From the NCBI GenBank assembly GCA_964576385.1, contig CAZNUS010000002.1, positions 7,844-71,843 of the forward strand: a stretch of DNA of 64,000 nt, written 5' to 3'. The position numbers and the translations under genes were made by a program. The stretch is from an uncultured Methanosarcinales archaeon (GTDB lineage: Archaea; Nanobdellota; Nanobdellia; Woesearchaeales; GW2011-AR9). Position 1 is the first letter of the stretch, and each line of letters opens with the position of its first letter. Under the pieces are notes generated by a model. It did no database searches, was not told the origin of the DNA, and saw nothing but the letters and a program-made list of their open reading frames with translations. Positions 19,163 to 28,645 of the stretch are shown here, in pieces.

Positions 19163-21454
19163 TCAAATCTTTTTTCCCTTCAACATCAAGGAATTAACTA
19201 CCACACTCACCGAGCTTAAGGCCATAGCGCCTCCAGCAATCATCGGGCTTAACAACCATCCGGTAAAAGGATAAAGCGCACCGGCAGCAATTGGTATGCC
19301 TAAAACATTATAGACTAATGCCCAAAACATGTTCTGTCTGATCTTACTCATGGTTAGACGGCTTAATTTAATAGCTTTAGGAATATCTAACAAGCTATTT
19401 TTCATGAGGACAATATTACCGGATTCCATCGCCACATCAGTGCCTGAACCCATGGCAATACCTATGTCAGCCTGCGCCAAAGCAGGAGCATCATTAATGC
19501 CATCACCCACCATAGCTACTTTTCCTTTGCGCTGTAATTTTTTAACGTAACTAGCTTTGTCTTCAGGAAGAACCTCTGCAAAAAAGTCAGTGATTCCAAC
19601 TTTTGAAGCAATTGCTTTAGCCGTACGCTGATTATCTCCGGTAATCATGAATACTTTCAGTTTCAGCTTCTGTAGCCTACGGATAGCTTCTGGAGAATCT
19701 TCTTTTATCTCATCTGCCACAGCAATCATGCCTCTACATTTTTTTCCTTCAGTAAGAACCATTACAGTCTTACCTTGTTCTTCTAAAGCGTTAATTTCAT
19801 TTCTTGGCAAGGAAATGCCCAATGATTCCATCAGCTGCGGATTACCTAGGTGATATTCAGTTCTACCTACCATAGCTCTAACACCTTTCCCAGGGATGGC
19901 TTTGAAATGATACACTTTCTGCCAAGAAACTTTTTCTTGTACAGCTTTATTAACGATAGCTTCTGCTAAAGGATGCTCAGAGTTCTTCTCGATACTCCCA
20001 GCAATTTCCAAAAATCCCTTTTCATTGATTCCTTCAGGTATAATATCGGTTACTTCCGGTTTTCCTTTAGTTATAGTACCTGTTTTATCAAAGATAACTA
20101 TTTTTAACTTATGAGCAGTTTCTAACGCCTCTCCTCCTTTAATCAAAATACCTTCTTTAGCTCCTTTTCCCGTACCGACCATAATCGCTGTTGGTGTAGC
20201 TAATCCTAAGGCGCAAGGGCAAGCAATCACTAAAACAGCAACAGCAGTGATCAAAGCAAAACTTAAGGTTTCATCAAACAAAAAGTACCAACTTCCAAAA
20301 GTTAGTATGGAAATGATCACTACAACCGGTACAAAATAAGCGGAAACTGCATCAGCAAATCGTTGTATTGGCGCCTTTTTAGTCTGAGCTTCTTCAATTA
20401 AGCGAACTATCCTTGATAAAACAGTATCGCTGCCAACTTTGGTTGCTTTGAACGTAAAACTTCCTTGTTTATTAATGGTAGAGCCGATAACAAAATCTCC
20501 TTTTTTCTTTTCAATAGGGATGCTTTCCCCCGTTACTAAACTTTCATCAAGAGCAGAATGTCCATCAACAATGATACCATCAACAGGAACTTTTTCTCCA
20601 GGCTTAACAATGACTAAGTCATTAAGCTGTACATCTCCAATATCAATTTTTTGTTCTTTACCATTTCTAATAATCAAGGCCGTCTTCGCACCCATTTTCA
20701 TCAATTTAGTGATAGCTTCACTAGTTTTTCCTTTAGCGAGCATCTCTAAATACTTCCCGACAACAACTAGTGTTATAAGAACTGCAGCAGCTTCAAAATA
20801 CTGATCTGCTTCTGGCAGGAATAGGACAGCAAAAACAGAGTAGAAGTAAGCTGCGCTGGTACCAAGTGCAATTAGCGTATCCATATTTGCGCTTTTACTC
20901 TTTAAAGCGGCCCAGGCGCCTTGATAAAATGATTTTCCAATGTAAAATTGTACGGGGGTAGCTAGAAACCAAATGATAAAATTACGGAAAGGAATATCTT
21001 CTGGCATGAAGAGCATGCTTAATAACAGAGCAGGAAGCGAAAAGGCAGTGCTTAATACTATCTTCTGTTCCAATTTTCGCAGTTCTTTCTTTCGTAGCTG
21101 AGCTTCTTTTTTTGGATCCATCTCTTTAGCCGAATATGCTTTATAGCCCTTATTAACAATAACGCTGATTAGTTTATCTTCTTTTACTTGGATAGGATCA
21201 AATTCTACTGCCGCTTTTTCTGAAGAGAAGTTCACATTAGCAGAAACTACTCCAGGCGTCTTTAATAATGCCTTAGAGATGATAGTAGCGCAACTGGCGC
21301 AATGCATTCCGGATATTTTAAAATTGGCTCTAGTCATGCTTGCTTGTTTATTATTTCTACTATCAATATTTAATTTGTTATTTTCACTATCACCATTTAA
21401 TCCATCGTCAGCATTTAATTTCTGATTGCTATTTTGTTTATTAATTTCTTTCAT
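19163..21454 (-). CDS. copA: Copper-translocating P1B-type ATPase
   Basis: N-terminal HMA with GMHCASC. The TM CPC motif is ACPCALGLATP. DKTGT, TGDN and GDGINDAP are all present. Confidence 0.95.
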   Translation of the reverse strand: MKEINKQNSNQKLNADDGLNGDSENNKLNIDSRNNKQASMTRANFKISGMHCASCATIISKALLKTPGVVSANVNFSSEKAAVEFDPIQVKEDKLISVIVNKGYKAYSAKEMDPKKEAQLRKKELRKLEQKIVLSTAFSLPALLLSMLFMPEDIPFRNFIIWFLATPVQFYIGKSFYQGAWAALKSKSANMDTLIALGTSAAYFYSVFAVLFLPEADQYFEAAAVLITLVVVGKYLEMLAKGKTSEAITKLMKMGAKTALIIRNGKEQKIDIGDVQLNDLVIVKPGEKVPVDGIIVDGHSALDESLVTGESIPIEKKKGDFVIGSTINKQGSFTFKATKVGSDTVLSRIVRLIEEAQTKKAPIQRFADAVSAYFVPVVVIISILTFGSWYFLFDETLSFALITAVAVLVIACPCALGLATPTAIMVGTGKGAKEGILIKGGEALETAHKLKIVIFDKTGTITKGKPEVTDIIPEGINEKGFLEIAGSIEKNSEHPLAEAIVNKAVQEKVSWQKVYHFKAIPGKGVRAMVGRTEYHLGNPQLMESLGISLPRNEINALEEQGKTVMVLTEGKKCRGMIAVADEIKEDSPEAIRRLQKLKLKVFMITGDNQRTAKAIASKVGITDFFAEVLPEDKASYVKKLQRKGKVAMVGDGINDAPALAQADIGIAMGSGTDVAMESGNIVLMKNSLLDIPKAIKLSRLTMSKIRQNMFWALVYNVLGIPIAAGALYPFTGWLLSPMIAGGAMALSSVSVVVNSLMLKGKKI

Positions 21455-21539
21455 TTGTACACCATCATTCGTTTGTAGATATCTAATAGCCTAATATTTT
21501 TTGCCTCTAATCAACTTCTTATATTCTTCATAATGCTAT

Positions 21540-21872
21540 CTATCTTTCCCCTCGAATAATCTTACAGCAATACTCATTCATATGCTTATCAATCAGCGCT
21601 AGTAATGGCTTAATGGTAGCATCGTTTACTTGGTAGTAGCAGTGCTTTCCTTTACGTTCAGGAAAAACCATGCCGCAGTGCTCCAAGCGCCGAAGATTAT
21701 GGGAAACTAATGTCTGTTCCAAACCAGTTTCAGCACAGATCTCTTGTACACACTTCTTCCCCAACTTAAGGGTATTCACGATCTTGAGCCTATTGGCATT
21801 GGCTAAAGAGCTAAAAAAAAGCTTATAAGCCGCAGGGGGTATCTTGTTTATATCAATTGATTTTTTTATCAT
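21540..21872 (-). CDS. ArsR/SmtB-family metalloregulator
   Basis: The HTH is CVQEICAETGLEQTLVSHNLRRLEHCGMV. Cys residues flank it. Confidence 0.8.
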   Translation of the reverse strand: MIKKSIDINKIPPAAYKLFFSSLANANRLKIVNTLKLGKKCVQEICAETGLEQTLVSHNLRRLEHCGMVFPERKGKHCYYQVNDATIKPLLALIDKHMNEYCCKIIRGER

Positions 21873-21977
21873 ATGACTATATTTTCATATATCATTTATA
21901 AATGTTATGCTATTTTGTTAATCGCCTATTAGATTTTAACTGAGATTTTAAAATAAATAAAGATAATTAAAGCTTGT

Positions 21978-22397
21978 TTATTCAACAATCAGTTGTCCAA
22001 CCATATTTCGATGTCCATCTCCGCAGTAAACATTACAGCGGAATTTAAAGCTGCCTTTTTTGTCTGCAGTGAACGCTACAGATGTTTCTTGTCCAGCAGT
22101 GATGCCTTCAGATGAAACACCTAATTCCGGAATGGATATGCCATGGTAACCACTAACACCAACTATTTTTAAGGTAACTTCTTCTCCTTGTTTAACTTTA
22201 ATGACGGAAGGAGTAAATCCAAAATTATAGGCTTTAACTACTATCTCTTTAGTTGAAGCTCCCGTTTCTTTAGTTAAAGTTCCGCTTTTTTCCTGTGCAT
22301 CTGCAACCGAAGCCCCAGTGCTCTGTTCCTTGCTGCAACCGAGCAGAACCAAACTTAATATCATTAATACACTTAACAACACCTTCACTTGTCTCAT
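21978..22397 (-). CDS. Cupredoxin-domain lipoprotein (type-1 copper-like)
   Basis: Lipobox LLGCS. The cupredoxin ligand pattern is YHGISIPELGV ... FRCNVYCGDGHRNMVG. Confidence 0.7.
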   Translation of the reverse strand: MRQVKVLLSVLMILSLVLLGCSKEQSTGASVADAQEKSGTLTKETGASTKEIVVKAYNFGFTPSVIKVKQGEEVTLKIVGVSGYHGISIPELGVSSEGITAGQETSVAFTADKKGSFKFRCNVYCGDGHRNMVGQLIVE

Positions 22398-22501
22398 AGT
22401 TTTAACCTCCTTATTCTATTTAATAAATTTATAATTTTAAATATTTAACGTTGCCGATATATTAACTTATCTTTCAATATTTTTATGATCTTAAAACTAT
22501 T

Positions 22502-24019
22502 TTACCTTGCTGCTCCACAACCGCAACCGCCTCCACCCATGCTACAGCTGCCTCCAGTAGGTACTTTCGCTTTGTTAAGATCCTGGCTTACCGTAGCAGT
22601 ATCAACTTGTTCTTGAACGATAAAAATTCCTTGGAGCATACCCATAGCGCAGCTCCAGGAGATACTGCCCGTTTCTGTAGGAGTAAATTCTATAACTTGC
22701 TCTCCTGGTTTTATCTTAAAATTAAGCCCTAATTTTGGTACGACAATGGCGCTATTGCACCCATTTAATTCTTTACCATCAATAATCCATTTGACTGGAA
22801 CGTTTTTCTGTAAGATAAATTTATTTGGGCTCCATCCGCTATATTTGACATCCATACGTATCTCTTGGTATCCATCCTTAATCGTAAATGTGTTTTTAGC
22901 AGCATCATTTCCGCTGTCGCTTGTGGGAGTAAATGTTTCGCTTAATCCGCTAGTTAAGGAATTAAAATCATATCCGCTTCCGGTAAGAGCTAAACCGCGA
23001 TTAAGCATAATCAATCCCAATATTAAGATAAAAACACCGGAAAATTTTAATATTTTATACGTTGCTTTTGAGCCTACAAAACTGGCGAAATAGCCAAATC
23101 CCAGCATTACTGGTAACGTGCCCAGACCAAAGATAAATAACATTTTTGCTCCTTCCGATACGCTGCCAGTGCCTGCAGCTAAGATATACATCGCTTGTAA
23201 TGGTCCGCAAGCAATCATTAGTCCATTTAATAAACCAATGATTAAAGGGCTGTGGTGATGATGAGCTTCAGTGCTAACAAATTTTTCTATAAAACTTGGC
23301 CAGCGCCACTGAAATTTTCTTAATGAAGGAAAGATATTTAACATTTTTAATCCAAATATCATTAAAAATATTCCTGCAAAGATACCTACAAATCCCCTTA
23401 TAACTGGCGTGAATGCTATGATGCTTCCTAAGAATCCAAATATTGCCCCTATTACTGTGTATGATAATGTCTTGCCAAAAGCATAAGATAGATGCATCTT
23501 GTGCGGCTTTTTCCCTTGTTGTGCTCCTTTGGCAGTGTAAGAAACAACAAAACCACCGCACATAGCGATGCAATGAAATCCAGTTAATAGCCCGATGACA
23601 AATAACAAGCCGTAGCCAATATTTTGTCCAACTTCTGGTAGTTGTATACCGCTTAAATTAAAAATATATATCCCTGCTGCGATTAAGCCGATTAAAAGAA
23701 TAAACCATCCAACAAAACTACTAGAACTTTCTTTTTTAATTATATTTTCACTGATATCCAACTCTGCACAATGGTACCCTTTTTCTTCTATGGCCTTCTT
23801 AATATCAGCAATATTTGTTTTTTGCTCATCAAAATTGACTGTTACTATTTCTGTTTTATAATCAACATCTAAAGAATGTACTCCTTGTAATTTTAAAGCT
23901 TGCTTAGCGATAATTTTCTCACAGCTGTGGCAAGTCATACCTTTAGCTTTAAATTGTTTAGTCGTCATGAATACCCTCCTTGAAATATTTATTGAAGTAG
24001 TTACCCAACTTAGCACCAA
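22502..24019 (-). CDS. HMA-domain / polytopic membrane / C-terminal cupredoxin-like fusion protein
   Basis: The likely true start is M18 at 23968 (MTTKQF...). An HMA domain has MTCHSCEK. About 8 TM helices follow, with HCIAMCGG and a HHHH loop. The C-terminal cupredoxin-like domain has Cys/Met at the ligand positions (GCNSAIVVP...SWSCAMGM). The tail is GGSCSMGGGGCGCG. Confidence 0.6.
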   Translation of the reverse strand: MVLSWVTTSINISRRVFMTTKQFKAKGMTCHSCEKIIAKQALKLQGVHSLDVDYKTEIVTVNFDEQKTNIADIKKAIEEKGYHCAELDISENIIKKESSSSFVGWFILLIGLIAAGIYIFNLSGIQLPEVGQNIGYGLLFVIGLLTGFHCIAMCGGFVVSYTAKGAQQGKKPHKMHLSYAFGKTLSYTVIGAIFGFLGSIIAFTPVIRGFVGIFAGIFLMIFGLKMLNIFPSLRKFQWRWPSFIEKFVSTEAHHHHSPLIIGLLNGLMIACGPLQAMYILAAGTGSVSEGAKMLFIFGLGTLPVMLGFGYFASFVGSKATYKILKFSGVFILILGLIMLNRGLALTGSGYDFNSLTSGLSETFTPTSDSGNDAAKNTFTIKDGYQEIRMDVKYSGWSPNKFILQKNVPVKWIIDGKELNGCNSAIVVPKLGLNFKIKPGEQVIEFTPTETGSISWSCAMGMLQGIFIVQEQVDTATVSQDLNKAKVPTGGSCSMGGGGCGCGAAR

Positions 24020-24043
24020 AGTATTTACCTTAGTCCCACAAGA

Positions 24044-24247
24044 CTATTCAGCAGTATATCCTTCATTTTTAATAATATGTTTTATTTGCTCTAAAGATAC
24101 TTTTTTCTCATCAAAATTTACTGCAACAGTTCCTTTCTTATGGTCTACAGAGCAACTGTTCACTCCTAATTCCTCAAGAGCATCTTTTATTAACACTTCG
24201 CAGCTCTTGCAATGCATGCCTTTAACTGTTAGTATTGTCTGTTTCAT
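24044..24247 (-). CDS. copZ: Copper chaperone, HMA domain
   Basis: 67 aa with GMHCKSCE in a ferredoxin-like fold. Confidence 0.85.
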   Translation of the reverse strand: MKQTILTVKGMHCKSCEVLIKDALEELGVNSCSVDHKKGTVAVNFDEKKVSLEQIKHIIKNEGYTAE

Positions 24248-24280
24248 TTTTTCCTCTATTATTTTATTTCCTCTACTATT

Positions 24281-24547
24281 CTATTTTTTGTGAAGTTCTT
24301 TCTTCATCTCCTCAAATTCCTTTTTACTTATCTCACCTTTAGCGTAACGTTCTTTAACAATTTCTAAGGCATCTCTACTTAATACAGTTGCGATGCCCGA
24401 TCCTTTGCTGTACTTCCAGATAGCCCAGATTATAAAAACTATAACGGCTAACCAAAATATTCCAATTAAAAACATGCTTACACCTCCTAATATCCCTACG
24501 CTTCCAAATAAATTGCTGAAGCATCCTAAGTATGGCATTTTGATCAC
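24281..24547 (-). CDS. SHOCT-domain membrane protein
   Basis: One TM helix plus a C-terminal SHOCT-like segment (LEIVKERYAKGEISKKEFEEMKKEL). Confidence 0.6.
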   Translation of the reverse strand: MIKMPYLGCFSNLFGSVGILGGVSMFLIGIFWLAVIVFIIWAIWKYSKGSGIATVLSRDALEIVKERYAKGEISKKEFEEMKKELHKK

Positions 24548-24754
24548 CTATTGTTTAATTTGTTTAGTTCAATTTGTTTAATTTTGATTATTTATAATGT
24601 CTCGGCTATTGTTAAACCACCGAGAAATAATTCTTATTTCTTAGGTACAGAAAATCTTTTTCAGATTTTCCCGTGTCAAGAAAAAATAATCTTTCATTTT
24701 TCTTGTTGTTTAAATTGAAATAGTTCTGTTTGCAACGGTTTATAAATTATATTG

Positions 24755-24768
24755 TGAAACTAGTTTCA
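24755..24768. promoter_or_regulatory. Perfect 14-bp palindrome TGAAACTAGTTTCA, candidate operator
   Basis: Read directly. It lies ~100 bp upstream of the 24866 ORF. Confidence 0.4.
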
Positions 24769-24865
24769 TGAGAAAAATATCCCCCTTTGTGGGAAATAGT
24801 TTCGGGCACGGTATTCCTGAATAATTTCATAACCTTTATTAATAAATAAAGCTTAAAATAAAATT

Positions 24866-25396
24866 ATGATAACACCAGATCAGTTTCAAGGAACTGTCTT
24901 AAAGTTTGCATTGCTGTATCATGGCTGCAGCGATAGGTATCGCGCAGAAGCAGCAGCAGGCACTATCTCTCGGTCACAAGAGAGAGTCCCAGAGTATATT
25001 GGGAGTGTTCCTATGCCGTATGCAGAAGTACGGTTTACAGGGGGTTCTAGTACTATCACTTTATCTTCTGTTGAGAGGAATCCGAGAGTTACATGGGGTG
25101 TAGAATATATGCTTCGCCTAGATCAGACCAGTTTTGATCAGTCGGATAGAATGAAACAATTACAGTCTAGAGGTGTGCTTACTTATGATCGATTAGGTGA
25201 AGAGCCGAATGGTATTCATCAGCAAGAATTTGCTCAAGTTTTCTTTGATCTTAGAGACGAAAAGGTAACCTATGCAGGATGGAATAAGTTTTTACAAGCT
25301 GCAATATCTCATTTTCCAGATATCGAAGGAGCTAGTCTTGAAGTAGGTTTGGATGAGTTTTTTAAGATGTTTGAAGATAAACATATCGTTAAATAA
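24866..25396 (+). CDS. hypothetical protein (compositionally atypical, higher GC)
   Basis: 176 aa ORF. Visibly more G+C than its neighbours. Confidence 0.4.
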   Translation: MITPDQFQGTVLKFALLYHGCSDRYRAEAAAGTISRSQERVPEYIGSVPMPYAEVRFTGGSSTITLSSVERNPRVTWGVEYMLRLDQTSFDQSDRMKQLQSRGVLTYDRLGEEPNGIHQQEFAQVFFDLRDEKVTYAGWNKFLQAAISHFPDIEGASLEVGLDEFFKMFEDKHIVK

Positions 25397-25443
25397 CTCC
25401 TTATTTTTGTTATTATTAGTAGGGTCAATTCTTAGCAGGGTGA

Positions 25444-25541
25444 ATTTATAGCGGCGGAAGCAAATATGTGTAGTTTATCCGGCGCTATATTCAGAGAAAA
25501 TTACTCATTAGATCTCCGGATATTAATTTCCTCTCGTATAA
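25444..25541. repeat. Intergenic repeat family 2, copy B
   Basis: About 80% identical to 13469-13568. Confidence 0.6.
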
Positions 25542-25546
25542 CTTTC

Positions 25547-26062
25547 TTAGGACTTTAGTATGACTATATTCGTCATACCCCTTCTTTTGCGTTCAAGCAG
25601 CCCTTTTCCTTCTAATCTATCTAAAACTCTAGAAACTTTAACTTTAGTTAACTTTGTTTCCTTAATTAGTGAACTCTGATAAACTGATCCTTGTTCCCTC
25701 AATAGGATATTCATGAGTTGCTGTTCTTCAGCATCAAGTGATTGTATTTTCTCCTTCCACTGCTTCTCTTTTTCTTCTGAAGTTATTGCATTAGGATTAC
25801 TTTCATGAATGATCTCTTTATGGACTATTATCTGTTCATTTTTTAAGAAAAAAGTAATTCCTAACCCTAATGCTACTAATAACCCTACTAGTGTATAACT
25901 AATCATTTTTTGAGTCTTTAGGGTTACTTGCATAGGACAGGAGGCGCCGTGGGTACATGTAGTATTAACAATGGTTTCTATAGCATTATTAAAGGAGACT
26001 ACAATGAGAAATACTACTAATGCTAGTGCTATTACTAAAAAACCAACATGCTTATTTTTCAT
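25547..26062 (-). CDS. Membrane-tethered winged-helix regulator with extracytoplasmic Cys loop
   Basis: 171 aa. Two TM helices bracket a short outside loop containing CTHGASC. The cytoplasmic wHTH is LTKVKVSRVLDRLEGKGLLERKRRG. Confidence 0.5.
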   Translation of the reverse strand: MKNKHVGFLVIALALVVFLIVVSFNNAIETIVNTTCTHGASCPMQVTLKTQKMISYTLVGLLVALGLGITFFLKNEQIIVHKEIIHESNPNAITSEEKEKQWKEKIQSLDAEEQQLMNILLREQGSVYQSSLIKETKLTKVKVSRVLDRLEGKGLLERKRRGMTNIVILKS

Positions 26063-26153
26063 TGTTAGAAAATATCTGCTTTTTTATTTAAACTTTTGTA
26101 CTCTATTTTTTAAAATAGAGTTTAAACAAGCTAAAAAATAAAAAGTTAAAATA

Positions 26154-26771
26154 TTATGCAGTATGTTGGAATTCATTGTCAAGCATAGCTTGGTATCTTT
26201 GCGTTACAACGACCCAATCAATCGCTTTAAAAAATGCGCTAACATAATCCCCTTTCTTTAAGCCATAATCTACCATATAAGCATGCTCAAAAACATCCAT
26301 GATTAATAGCGGGGTTGTGCCTGCTAAATGTCCTACATCATGTTCGTTAATCCAAAGATTAAACATTTTTTTTCCAACTACATCATAAGCTAAAACTACC
26401 CAGCCTATACCCCTCATTGCGCCAACAGCTTTGAAATTAGTTTCCCATGCTTCCAGAGAACCGAATTGTCCAATGAGTGCTTTTGCCAAGTCTGAGGTAT
26501 TTGCTATTTGGTGCTTCGGATTTTTACTCATGTTTTGGAAGTACAATTCATGCATTCTCATTCCATTGAATTCCCATCCAAATCTTCTCTTTATCTCAGC
26601 AAATTCTGGCGTTGCTGTTTTTCCCTCCTTCACCATCTGCATCAGCGTGTCCATTAATTTATTAGTGTTAGTCACATATCCTTGATATAGAGTAAAATGG
26701 TTATTTAGCAAGGCATCGCTGAATCCAGTAGTGCCAAGTAAATGTTCAAACTGTTGTGCGTTGTAGGTCAT
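26154..26771 (-). CDS. sod: Fe/Mn superoxide dismutase
   Basis: SOD_Fe motifs are present: N-terminal H-x3-H context, DVFEHAYM and QRY. Confidence 0.9.
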   Translation of the reverse strand: MTYNAQQFEHLLGTTGFSDALLNNHFTLYQGYVTNTNKLMDTLMQMVKEGKTATPEFAEIKRRFGWEFNGMRMHELYFQNMSKNPKHQIANTSDLAKALIGQFGSLEAWETNFKAVGAMRGIGWVVLAYDVVGKKMFNLWINEHDVGHLAGTTPLLIMDVFEHAYMVDYGLKKGDYVSAFFKAIDWVVVTQRYQAMLDNEFQHTA

Positions 26772-26791
26772 TTTTTCTTACCTCTCCTGTT

Positions 26792-27502
26792 TTAGATTTT
26801 TCCTACTAGATCTAACCCTGGCTTAAGAGTTTTTTCACCAGGTTGCCAGTTTGCTGGGCAGACTTCTCCACCATGCTTGCGTACATACTGAGCAGCTTTA
26901 ACTTTACGAATAAGTTCAGCGCTGCTTCTTCCAATATTGTTAGCATTTAATTCGTAAGAGACTAACACACCATCTGGATCTATGATAAACGTACCCCTTA
27001 AGCTTAATCCTTCTTCTGCTATGTACGTTCCATATGCTCTGCAAATAGCTCCCGTCGTATCAGCAACCATAGGAAATTTTATCTTTTTAATAGTTGCAGA
27101 GTTGTCATGCCAGGCTTTGTGAACAAAAACAGTATCAGTAGATATGCTTAGTACTTCGGTGTCCATTGCTCTTAATTCTTCATAATGGTCAGCTAAATCT
27201 CCCAATTCTGTTGGACAGATAAAGGTAAAATCGGCAGGATAAAAGAATAATACCACCCATCTCCCTCGATAACTCTTTAGCGAAACTGCCTTAACTTGTT
27301 CATTATGATATACTTCTGCAAAGAAATTTGGGGCAGGTTTGTTGATAGTAGCCATATCCTCTTCACACTGTTCCATCGAACATTCTTCTTCAGATTCACG
27401 GCAGCAAGAACCAGCCGATTCCATCTCTTCAGTGCGGCAGCAACCACCCATACTTTCTTGTTCCATCTCTTCGTTTTCTCTACAACATCCGCTGTTATTC
27501 AT
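26792..27502 (-). CDS. Peroxiredoxin (AhpC/TSA) with N-terminal CC-rich acidic extension
   Basis: The peroxidatic FTFICPTE motif and a resolving Cys are present. The ~50 N-terminal residues carry three vicinal CC pairs plus CxxxxC. Confidence 0.9.
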   Translation of the reverse strand: MNNSGCCRENEEMEQESMGGCCRTEEMESAGSCCRESEEECSMEQCEEDMATINKPAPNFFAEVYHNEQVKAVSLKSYRGRWVVLFFYPADFTFICPTELGDLADHYEELRAMDTEVLSISTDTVFVHKAWHDNSATIKKIKFPMVADTTGAICRAYGTYIAEEGLSLRGTFIIDPDGVLVSYELNANNIGRSSAELIRKVKAAQYVRKHGGEVCPANWQPGEKTLKPGLDLVGKI

Positions 27503-27609
27503 TTTTTTCCTCCGTAACTACTTAAAATAAGCAGTTATCTATTTTATTTTCTTAAATTTATTTTTCTTAGGGAATAATTCTCAATAGCATCCTTTAGCAT
27601 CTAACTCTT

Positions 27610-27867
27610 TTAATATTGCTTTATAGTTACTATCCCTTTTTTAATAGTACATTGGCAGGCATAACGTACAGTTAGGGTGGCATCCATCATTTTTTCATTG
27701 TCCGTAAGCTCTGATAGGTTTTCTGCTCCTTCTACTATCTCTATTCGGCAAGTTCCGCATCTCCCTTCTTTACAGCCAAATAGTACCCCTAACTCTTCAC
27801 AAGCTTCTTGGATAGGGCTACCATCCTTAAGTTCTATTTCTTTTTCTTTAATTCTAATTACAGCCAT
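27610..27867 (-). CDS. 2Fe-2S ferredoxin-like protein
   Basis: 85 aa with C-x4-C-x2-C ... C spacing (CKEGRCGTC...CQC). Confidence 0.65.
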   Translation of the reverse strand: MAVIRIKEKEIELKDGSPIQEACEELGVLFGCKEGRCGTCRIEIVEGAENLSELTDNEKMMDATLTVRYACQCTIKKGIVTIKQY

Positions 27868-28240
27868 TTCTACAAGTATTGCATATTCCTTTAAAAAAAA
27901 TATCTACGGAACTAACCTGGAATAAATCATCTGGGCTTTTTTTTAAGATTTGGAATTGTACATTTTTATTAAATACATCACTAATAGTATTACACATATT
28001 GCAGATAAAATGGTGATGTTCAGACAGATCAGCATCATAATGAAATTGCTTATTGATCTCTAATCGTACAATTTTACCTTTTTCTGCCATGAGGTTTAGA
28101 TTACGATAAACAGTTGCTAAAGTAATGGTGGGAATTCTTTTTTTAATCTGTACATAAACGCCTTCAGCAGTAGGATGTGTTTTTACTGATTGCAGATACT
28201 CTAGGATCGTTAATTTTTGGATAGTGTTGCGGGTAACCAT
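27854..28240 (-). CDS. Fur-family regulator (PerR/Fur-like)
   Basis: ATVYRNL DNA-binding helix. HHHF-C-x2-C and C-terminal C-x2-C structural Zn motifs. Confidence 0.8.
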   Translation of the reverse strand: MVTRNTIQKLTILEYLQSVKTHPTAEGVYVQIKKRIPTITLATVYRNLNLMAEKGKIVRLEINKQFHYDADLSEHHHFICNMCNTISDVFNKNVQFQILKKSPDDLFQVSSVDIFFKGICNTCRNGCN

Positions 28241-28274
28241 AGTTAATCATTAAGCCAATTGATTTATGGTATAA

Positions 28275-28392
28275 CTTAGTAGCGAACGTTAATTTCATTC
28301 TGTAGTAGCGAATATTAATTTTATTCTAATAATTTGTCGCTACTAGGTATAAAAAACATAACTATTTAGATTATTAATTCTGTTTTTTAGTA
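28275..28392. repeat. Intergenic repeat family 3, copy 1
   Basis: Hairpin tagtagcga...tcgctacta, with the 5' arm duplicated. A 41-nt block aaaaacataactatttagattattaattctgttttttagta matches 31523-31563 with one mismatch. Confidence 0.6.
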
Positions 28393-28645
28393 CTAAACAA
28401 CTTATTAATAATAATTATTAATTAATATTAATTCTTTTATAAGAGTTATGAATTATAGTGGCGGACATTAATATCCTGAGAAACATCATACGTTTTTGGG
28501 ACACCAGAAATTGCCAAGCAATTTTTCAGTGATTGAACAATTTAATCCTGACACTATATCTAAAAGACCAAATAATCTGTTCAATTAATTATATCTTTTA
28601 GTATAGAATTGGGATATTTTTAACTAAAAAATAAGTTTTAATTAT

